The notes under the pieces are model-generated. The model had not been told where the DNA came from, searched no databases, and saw nothing but the letters and a program-made list of their open reading frames with translations. DNA of 64,000 nt from contig OZ219926.1 of NCBI GenBank assembly GCA_964291405.2, positions 3,008,001-3,072,000 on the forward strand, written 5' to 3'. The DNA is from Thermodesulfobacteriota bacterium. Its GTDB lineage: Bacteria > Desulfobacterota > Binatia > Bin18. Shown here one piece after another: positions 57,521-64,000 of this stretch; position 1 is the stretch's first letter, and the number at the start of each line of letters is the position of its first letter. The position numbers and the translations under genes were made by a program.

Positions 57521-59140
57521 GTGCAAAATACCAAAGTCGTGATGCCCAAACTCGGCCAGGCCATGACTGAGGGCGTGGTTGTGCGGTGGCACCGCAAAGA
57601 CGGCGAGCGCGTCACTGTCGGCGAGCTGCTCGTCACGGTAGAGACGGACAAAGCCACGTACGATCTTGAGGCGACGGCGAGTGGGACGCTCCACGTCGTG
57701 GTCCAAGAAGGCGAAGAAGTCCCGATTCATACTGTTATTGCCGAAATTGGCGACGCTCCGGTCCAGGCGGGTACCGCGCCCACTCCGTTGCTGGTTGAAC
57801 CGGTTGTCCAACGGCAAAAAGCGTCACGCCCAGGGCGCATCCTCGCCTCGCCAAAGGCCAAACGGCTGGCCGCTGAACGCGGGATCGACCTCTCGGCCCT
57901 GACGCCGTCCTCTGCGGATGGCGTGATTTCCGCGACTGATGTGGAGCGGGCTGCGGAGAGCGCGGTTGTCGATCGACGGCCAGCGGCCTCCGCTCATGTT
58001 GCGCCCCGGCGGACCGAGCACGAACGCCGCGCCCTGACCGGCATACGGAAGGCCGCAGCCCGCCGAGTCCAGGAAGCCTGGCAGACCATTCCGCATATTG
58101 TCCAGATGATCGATGTCGATGCCAGCGCCCTGCAAGCGGTCCGGGAGCGGCTCAGAGCGGATATCTCCGAACTGACGCTCAACGACCTGATTTTATACGC
58201 GGGGGCGCGGGTGCTGGCCGGACTGCCCGACCTCAATGGCACGGTCGAAAACGAAGAGCTTATTCTCTATGACGGTGTGGATATCGGCTTTGCCGTTGAC
58301 TCGCCGCGCGGCCTGCTGGTCCCGGTCATCCGTGGGGCGGACGGCCTTTCCCTCACATCGCTTGTGAAGGAAAGGCAGCGGCTAGTTGAAGCCGCTCGTG
58401 AGGGGCCGTTGCAATCGGCCGATATGGGTCAGGCCAGTCTGACCGTCTCCAACCTCGGCATGTTCGGCATCCGGGCCGGAACACCGGTCATCAATCTGGG
58501 TGAACCCATCCTCGTTTTTGTGGGCACGGTTGAAGAGCGGCCGGTTGTGCGCGGTGGGCAGATTATCGCCTGCCCCATGCTGACGCTCAGCATTGCCTAT
58601 GACCACCGGGTGGCGGACGGGGTGGCGGCGTCCCGGTTGAGTCAGGGTCTGAAAGAGGCGTTGGAGGAACTTGAGTCAACAGTCGAAAGTCAAAAGCCGG
58701 AAGCGTCGCGGTCCCAAGAATCGTTGGGCAAACGGGAAGTCCGTTCGGTGTCGGCCGGTGACCGCTATGCCGTTCAGGTGCGAAGTCACAGTCATGTCTG
58801 GAGCCTTGACGAGTCGGCGAGCGACGGCGGAGATGATACCGGCCCGGATCCGGTAACGGCCTTTCTTGGTGCCCTGCTCTCCTGCATGACGATTGCCTTC
58901 AAAGCGGCTGCCCGACGCCGCAAGATTGCCATTGAACGAATTGAGGGGCATGCCAAAGCACCGCCGAAGGGCCACGTGAAAGAAATAGCCTTAACCCTGG
59001 CGGTATGGAGTGCGGCTTCGGAGCAGGATTTACAGCTCCTCCTCGAACGGGCCAAGCGCGGCTGCTATGTGAGCGGGCTGCTAAGGCCGGATATTCAGCT
59101 TACGGTGGAGTTGGTCAGCCACGCGCCGGACTCTGCCTAG
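57521..59140 (+). CDS. Dihydrolipoamide acyltransferase E2 fused to a C-terminal OsmC/Ohr-family domain
   Basis: Lipoyl VETDKA, subunit-binding ASPKAKRLAAERGIDL, catalytic DHRVADG, then DES..GGDDTGPDP..LGALLSC..CYVS. Confidence 0.88.
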   Translation: MQNTKVVMPKLGQAMTEGVVVRWHRKDGERVTVGELLVTVETDKATYDLEATASGTLHVVVQEGEEVPIHTVIAEIGDAPVQAGTAPTPLLVEPVVQRQKASRPGRILASPKAKRLAAERGIDLSALTPSSADGVISATDVERAAESAVVDRRPAASAHVAPRRTEHERRALTGIRKAAARRVQEAWQTIPHIVQMIDVDASALQAVRERLRADISELTLNDLILYAGARVLAGLPDLNGTVENEELILYDGVDIGFAVDSPRGLLVPVIRGADGLSLTSLVKERQRLVEAAREGPLQSADMGQASLTVSNLGMFGIRAGTPVINLGEPILVFVGTVEERPVVRGGQIIACPMLTLSIAYDHRVADGVAASRLSQGLKEALEELESTVESQKPEASRSQESLGKREVRSVSAGDRYAVQVRSHSHVWSLDESASDGGDDTGPDPVTAFLGALLSCMTIAFKAAARRRKIAIERIEGHAKAPPKGHVKEIALTLAVWSAASEQDLQLLLERAKRGCYVSGLLRPDIQLTVELVSHAPDSA

Positions 59141-59142
59141 TT

Positions 59143-59180
59143 CCCTCGCCCCCAAGGGGGAGAGGGGTAAGGTTAGGGAG
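59143..59180. repeat. Intergenic REP-like hairpin / possible terminator
   Basis: CCCTCGCCCC ... GGGGAGAGGG between convergent genes. Confidence 0.5.
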
Positions 59181-59216
59181 TCGCAGTAGCGACGCTATCG
59201 AGTTGTCTGGACCTGC

Positions 59217-60152
59217 CTATCCATGCAGGGCGGCTTTCAATGCCGCGGCGGCCGTTTCCAATGCCTGCCCTGCCGGCTCTATGGCCTTGGCCATACCCAT
59301 AAAGCCGTGGATGAGCCCCTCGAAGCAGGTGTATTCGACCGCGACGCCCGCTTCACGTAGCTTGGCCGCGTACGCGGCTCCCTCGTCCCGCAGAGGATCG
59401 TATTCCGCGGTGGCAATAAAAGCCGGCGGCAGGGAGCGGCATTGATCGGCTGAGGCGTGCAGGGGAGATGCCAGCGGGTTTTGTCCATCCGCCCCACTGG
59501 CGAGATAGTGATTCCAGAACCACTCCATCATCTCGGTTGTCAGAAAATAGCCTTCCGCATTGTCCGTGTGCGACGGCAGGTCTACTGCGTGCGCCGTGAC
59601 CGGGTACATGAGGAATTGATAAATCAGAGCTGGCAGGCCACTCTCTTGTGCCTTTAGGGTCACCGCGGCTGCCAGGTTGGCGCCGGCACTCTCACCGCCC
59701 ACCGCCAGCCGAGAGGCGTCTCCGTTCAAGGCGGCTGCGTTGAACGCCACCCACCGTGTCGCAGCGTAGCAGTCATTGACCGCTGCTGGGAATTTGTCTT
59801 CCGGCGCGAGGCGGTAGTCTGCGGAGACCACCACACAGTTGGCAAGATTGGCCAAGGCGCGGCAGGAGGCATCCACCGTGTTCAGACTGCCGACCACCCA
59901 GCCACCCCCGTGAAAATAGACCAATAGGGGAAATGGCCCGTCCCCGGTGGGAGTGTAAACACGGATGGGCTGTTTGCCGGCAACCCCGGGTATCAGTCGG
60001 TCTTCGACCGTACCGACCGGCTCGGGGTCAGCCGTCGCACCCCGCGCGGCTTCCATGGCGGCCCGCGCTTCCTGGGGTGAGAGATGATGTAAGGGTGGGC
60101 CGGCAGCGGCCATCTGTTCGAGGGCTTTTGCAACCTGGGGATGGAGTGGCAT
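59217..60152 (-). CDS. HSL-family esterase/lipase (alpha/beta hydrolase)
   Basis: HGGGW, DYRLAPE, GESAG, DPLRDEG, HGF. Confidence 0.92.
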   Translation of the reverse strand: MPLHPQVAKALEQMAAAGPPLHHLSPQEARAAMEAARGATADPEPVGTVEDRLIPGVAGKQPIRVYTPTGDGPFPLLVYFHGGGWVVGSLNTVDASCRALANLANCVVVSADYRLAPEDKFPAAVNDCYAATRWVAFNAAALNGDASRLAVGGESAGANLAAAVTLKAQESGLPALIYQFLMYPVTAHAVDLPSHTDNAEGYFLTTEMMEWFWNHYLASGADGQNPLASPLHASADQCRSLPPAFIATAEYDPLRDEGAAYAAKLREAGVAVEYTCFEGLIHGFMGMAKAIEPAGQALETAAAALKAALHG

Positions 60153-60179
60153 GGCGTTTTCCTTTCATCCGAGTGCACA

Positions 60180-60962
60180 TCATGTCAGAAAATTACGTAT
60201 GAGCCGGACACATTCGGCCGGCTTTTCCAGTGGCGGACAGTTGCCGCATTGCGGAATAATCTCCAGGCGGGCGTTGGGTAGCGCGTGCTGATACAAGGTG
60301 CCGCACTCCAGCGGTACGATCCGATCGTCCTGACCCCAGATAATCAGAGTCGGCAAATGCACCCGGCCTAGCAGCCCAGGCAGACTGGGGCTGAACATAT
60401 ACGGCTTCCAACAGTAGCGGACCAGGGTTTCCTGGTTACGCGTTTGTATGTCGCGCTCTTCCTTGGACGGCTTACCCTGGAACAGTTCGGCATACTCGGC
60501 AACCTGCTGCGGATCGAAATACGCCAGTTGTCTGGTACCCTCTTGTCCGTGCAGAAAGATATCGGCAATTTCGCCGTCCCGCGGTTGGATACCGGCCGCG
60601 TCAATCAGAATGAGCCGCTCAAATGTTCTCGGCGACATGACCGCCATTTCTGCTGCCAGCCAGCCGCCGATGAAGTGGCCGGCCAGGGTCACCTGAGGCA
60701 GGTCCAGCGCGTCCAACAGCCATAAACTGAAACGGGCCAGGTCCGTGAAGGATTCGAGCCAGGGGGGACGCTCGGATTGTCCAAAGCCCGGACAGGTTGG
60801 CGCATAGACGGTAAAGGACTCGGCTAACTGTTCATGATATTGCCGCCAGCCCAGACTGCCTTCCGCGCCGTGCAGCATGATCAGCGGCTTGCCCTGGCCG
60901 CCTTTCAGATAATGAATTTGGGCGCCGCCAACTTCGATAGCGTGTTCCGCGTGTTCTGGCAT
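60180..60962 (-). CDS. Alpha/beta hydrolase fold protein lacking catalytic Ser and His
   Basis: LHGAEG, PGFGQS, GHFIGG, WGQDDRIVP, CGNCPPLEKP. Confidence 0.85.
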   Translation of the reverse strand: MPEHAEHAIEVGGAQIHYLKGGQGKPLIMLHGAEGSLGWRQYHEQLAESFTVYAPTCPGFGQSERPPWLESFTDLARFSLWLLDALDLPQVTLAGHFIGGWLAAEMAVMSPRTFERLILIDAAGIQPRDGEIADIFLHGQEGTRQLAYFDPQQVAEYAELFQGKPSKEERDIQTRNQETLVRYCWKPYMFSPSLPGLLGRVHLPTLIIWGQDDRIVPLECGTLYQHALPNARLEIIPQCGNCPPLEKPAECVRLIRNFLT

Positions 60963-60981
60963 GAGCGTATCTCTCGGTATG

Positions 60982-62202
60982 CTACGGGGCTTGTTCAAAG
61001 GGTCCGGGCAGCCCCAGCTCTTTTCCCATTTCCCGGACTGCCGGGAGCACGTCATGCTCCATCAGGGCTAAGCAGCGCATCGTGTCTGCATGCCCGATGG
61101 TGCCATCGTTTGTCCAGACGCCAAGAATGCCGGGGCGGACAACGCTGAGGACTTCGCGTAATTTTCTGATCACCGTGTCCGGGTTGCCGACAATAACCCG
61201 GTTGCTTTCCACAACCTTCTCCCAGCCCGCGGAATCAACGCCGCCGTAGAGGGGGTCAGGCCGGAGCGAATAGCGCCGGTACTGGTCGACAATGCGCTTG
61301 GCTCCTTCGCGCGAGTTATAGCCCGGTGGGGCCATGAAGTCTCCCGGTAGCGGCACGCGACCGACACCGGCATTCCCAATCAGAAAGCCCTTGCCGACCT
61401 CATATGCTTTTTCGTCCGTGTCCTGGACATGGACGCGCACAAGATAGCCAAAGTTTTGTGGACCCGGTTCATAGCCCACCTGCTTAGCGGCCTCGGTATA
61501 AATGGCGGTCAGGTCCAGGGTCACCTGGGGGTCGGTTTCCAGATAGATGTAGGGGTAGTGGTGCTGGGCACACCAGATCAGCGTCTCCGGGCTGCCGATA
61601 CCGGGAATCCAGATGGGCGGATGCGGCTGTTGGAGCGGCCGCTCAAAGGGGTTGACCACCCGAAACTGGTAATGCTTACCTTCCCAGCGCCACGGCCCTG
61701 GGGTTGTCCAGGTTTTGATGATCAGGTCATGCGCCTCTTCAAAACGCTCGCGGTTATACACCGGGTTGGTATTCGTTGCCCAGCTCTCGATGCCCGTTCC
61801 CCGCACGAAGCCTGACACGAGTCGGCCCCGAGAGATCATATCGATCTCCGCCAGCTCCTCGGCCAGTCGTAGCGGGTTATCGAAAATCGGGAGCGGATTG
61901 CCCAGCAGGACGATTTTTGCCCGCTTGGTGGTACGGGCCAGGATGGCGGCTTCGAGATTCATGGCCGCCCCCATACACGTCGGGGTATTATGATGCTCGT
62001 TCAGCATCAGGCCGTCGAAGCCAACCTCTTCGGCGTACTCGTACTCGTCGAGATAGGTATTATACAGGTCCGCCCCCAGGCTTGGATTGAAATAGGCATT
62101 CGGAAACGTCAGGCGGACCGCGCTACGAAAACTCTGACGAACATCTTCTTCCGAGTAGTCTACATAGGCTCGCTCGGTAAAACGCATGAGAAACATACCC
62201 AT
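60982..62202 (-). CDS. LLM flavin-dependent oxidoreductase
   Basis: GFDGLMLNEHH, NPLRLAEELA, RPLQQPHPPIW. Confidence 0.9.
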   Translation of the reverse strand: MGMFLMRFTERAYVDYSEEDVRQSFRSAVRLTFPNAYFNPSLGADLYNTYLDEYEYAEEVGFDGLMLNEHHNTPTCMGAAMNLEAAILARTTKRAKIVLLGNPLPIFDNPLRLAEELAEIDMISRGRLVSGFVRGTGIESWATNTNPVYNRERFEEAHDLIIKTWTTPGPWRWEGKHYQFRVVNPFERPLQQPHPPIWIPGIGSPETLIWCAQHHYPYIYLETDPQVTLDLTAIYTEAAKQVGYEPGPQNFGYLVRVHVQDTDEKAYEVGKGFLIGNAGVGRVPLPGDFMAPPGYNSREGAKRIVDQYRRYSLRPDPLYGGVDSAGWEKVVESNRVIVGNPDTVIRKLREVLSVVRPGILGVWTNDGTIGHADTMRCLALMEHDVLPAVREMGKELGLPGPFEQAP

Positions 62203-62323
62203 GCCCCTCCTTCCTCCCTCGGACACTATCCTGTCTGGTATCACCGGATCAAGGGAAAGGGGCGGACGCAGCTTGACTCTTGTCCGCAGGCCGCATACGG
62301 ATAGCCGAAGAGGAGGACTGACT

Positions 62324-62743
62324 ATGGCAAAGACCTACGCCAAGAGCACAATTTCGTATGAATCTGCCGCAAAAATGGTGGCCGCGGCCGTCGCCAAGGC
62401 GGAGGAGCTGGGCTGCAAACAGAACGTCGCGGTTGTTGACGATGGCGGCAACCTCAAGGCGTTTGGCCGTATGGACGGCGCCCCGCTGCTTGGGGTGGAA
62501 GGCTGTCAACGCAAGGCATTTACCTCGTTGTTTGGGGTAGGGACACAAGACCTCTACAGCGCCATCAAAGACGATCAGTCTCTGGTCGTCGGCTTGTCGC
62601 ATTTCTCTAGGGCGACCATGGTCGGGGGCGGGCTGCCCATTGTCGTTGATGGAGAGGTCATCGGTGGGATCGGTGTTGGCGGCGGCACGGTCGATGAAGA
62701 CGTGGCCTGCTCGCAAGCCGGGCTTGACGCGCTCAACGGCTAG
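62324..62743 (+). CDS. GlcG/HbpS heme-binding family protein
   Basis: VAVVDDGG..RMDGA..KAFTS, GGLPIVVDGEVIGGIGVGG..ED. Confidence 0.9.
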   Translation: MAKTYAKSTISYESAAKMVAAAVAKAEELGCKQNVAVVDDGGNLKAFGRMDGAPLLGVEGCQRKAFTSLFGVGTQDLYSAIKDDQSLVVGLSHFSRATMVGGGLPIVVDGEVIGGIGVGGGTVDEDVACSQAGLDALNG

Positions 62744-62764
62744 CCTGCCGCATTCCCGGATTGG

Positions 62765-63160
62765 TTAGATCGGTCGCGGCACGCGCGGGACGGGGCGTTG
62801 CGACCCGCCCGGTGGTGGGGTCTGGGGAGACGTCCCTTCTCCCCCGCCCGCCCGGAGTTGGTCTTGTGTACAGAGTCCCTTTTCGATCAGGACCTTTTCC
62901 AACGAAGCCAGCCAGTGTTCATAGTAGCCGGTCACGGGGGTGCCCGGCTTGTCGGCGCGGGCCTTATCCGCGGCGCCAATTTCTGCAATCAAATGATCCC
63001 GAAAATCGTCCCACTGATACTGCCCCTGCTCACACAGGGCCACGGCCAGGGCAAAGGCGCGCCGTTCCCAGGCGTCGTGAAAGACGAGCTCGCCGCTCTT
63101 TCGCGGAAGGGCAGAGTCCCCCTCCATATTTGAGATCTTGCGATCGGGCGTAGGTTTCAT
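62765..63160 (-). CDS. Nitrile hydratase accessory/activator protein (P14K/NhlE-like)
   Basis: [24 protein letters not shown]; overlaps the alpha-subunit stop. Confidence 0.85.
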   Translation of the reverse strand: MKPTPDRKISNMEGDSALPRKSGELVFHDAWERRAFALAVALCEQGQYQWDDFRDHLIAEIGAADKARADKPGTPVTGYYEHWLASLEKVLIEKGLCTQDQLRAGGGEGTSPQTPPPGGSQRPVPRVPRPI

Positions 63161-63819
63161 GCTGCTGGAGGTCCGACCTTGGTGACGCCAATCATCGCGT
63201 CACGGCTAACCAGCGCGGTGAGTTCTTCTTCACTCATGCCCTCGGTTCCGGCGGGACGTTCGGGTAGCACCATATAGCGGATTTCTGCACTACTGTCCCA
63301 GACCTTCACCGCGGTTGATTCGTCAAGCGTAAGCCCGAAATCGCGCAGGACGCCGCGCGGGTCCACCACCGAACGCGAGCGATAGGCCGCGTCCTTGAAC
63401 CAGGCCGGCGGCAGGCCCAGAACCGGCCACGGATAGCAGGAGCACAGGGTGCAGACGACCAGGTTATGGGTGTCTGGGGTGTTCTCAACCACGACCATAT
63501 GCTCGCCCTGAAGGCCGCTGAAGCCGAGTTCCGCAATGGCTGCGGTGGCGTCTTTGAGCAAGCGCTCTTTATACGCGGGATCGACCCAGGCCCGAGCAAC
63601 AACCTTGGCCCCATTGGTCGGCCCGAGGTCGTTCTCATATGTTTCAACCAGCTTGTCGAGCGTTTCCGAAGAGACCAGACCTTTGGCAACGAGTAAGGAC
63701 TCTAGGGCCTGTACCCGCTTCTCCAAGGCCGCGGTCTGTTCGGGAGTGGTGTGTTTCTCCAGATAGGGGTTGGGCGGAGCATCGTGGGCGCTATGGCCGT
63801 GAGGATGATCGTCACTCAT
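63157..63819 (-). CDS. nthA: Nitrile hydratase alpha subunit, cobalt type
   Basis: VCTLCSCY metal-binding motif (Thr and Tyr indicate Co-type), [13 protein letters not shown]. Confidence 0.95.
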   Translation of the reverse strand: MSDDHPHGHSAHDAPPNPYLEKHTTPEQTAALEKRVQALESLLVAKGLVSSETLDKLVETYENDLGPTNGAKVVARAWVDPAYKERLLKDATAAIAELGFSGLQGEHMVVVENTPDTHNLVVCTLCSCYPWPVLGLPPAWFKDAAYRSRSVVDPRGVLRDFGLTLDESTAVKVWDSSAEIRYMVLPERPAGTEGMSEEELTALVSRDAMIGVTKVGPPAA

Positions 63820-63830
63820 GACTCTTCTCC

Positions 63831-64000
63831 TTAGGCTGGGTCGAGATAATCTTCCCACAGGTCGATATACAGATTGTCTGTCGTGGCCGCCTCCGGGCCC
63901 CAGAGTTCCTGGGCGGTAAAGCAGACCGAATACAGCGGCTGTGGCTGTTCGCCTTGGCCGTGAGCATTGGTATCCGGGTACACAAAGGTGCCGTAGACTT
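63831..64000 (-). CDS. nthB: Nitrile hydratase beta subunit, C-terminal end (5' part outside the window)
   Basis: Manual translation: [43 protein letters not shown]. Confidence 0.9.
   Translation of the reverse strand, partial: VYGTFVYPDTNAHGQGEQPQPLYSVCFTAQELWGPEAATTDNLYIDLWEDYLDPA

Noticed and set aside
1-64000. tRNA, rRNA, riboswitch, integrase, transposase or prophage genes
   Set aside because: None recognised by eye; short structured RNAs could be missed without an Infernal/tRNAscan search.

Overview
GC-rich bacterial chromosomal window with about 58 recognisable CDSs. I recognised no rRNA, tRNA or CRISPR array. It is dominated by catabolic redox genes: six luciferase-like monooxygenases, two family III CoA-transferases, three SDRs, amidohydrolases, a P450, two GSTs, a molybdopterin oxidoreductase and a Co-type nitrile hydratase. 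It also carries two type II toxin-antitoxin pairs, a Fic protein, a standalone PD-(D/E)XK nuclease, a TetR-MMPL-LolA-like-DUF1302 envelope module, murJ, uup and a Sel1-repeat protein. This content resembles sponge-associated Binatia/deltaproteobacterial symbionts (inference only). The best candidate for an undescribed system is the operon at 54.7-59.1 kb (SDR, E1alpha, E1beta, E2). Its E2 carries a C-terminal two-cysteine OsmC/Ohr-family domain and no E3 is encoded in the window, which suggests a 2-oxoacid/acetoin dehydrogenase that reoxidises its lipoyl arm through a built-in thiol redox domain. Other oddities: two NCS2 permeases fused to a degenerate RsbW-like domain, a tandem pair of secreted symmetric six-Cys proteins, an alpha/beta hydrolase lacking both catalytic Ser and His, and a decayed sulfotransferase / GPP34-P450 locus bracketed by two homologous mini-ORFs. 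The 5.7-9.9 kb and 43.0-43.4 kb regions are full of indels and collapsed gene fragments, which could reflect real decay or assembly noise. All family assignments come from motif recognition by eye; no database search was run.
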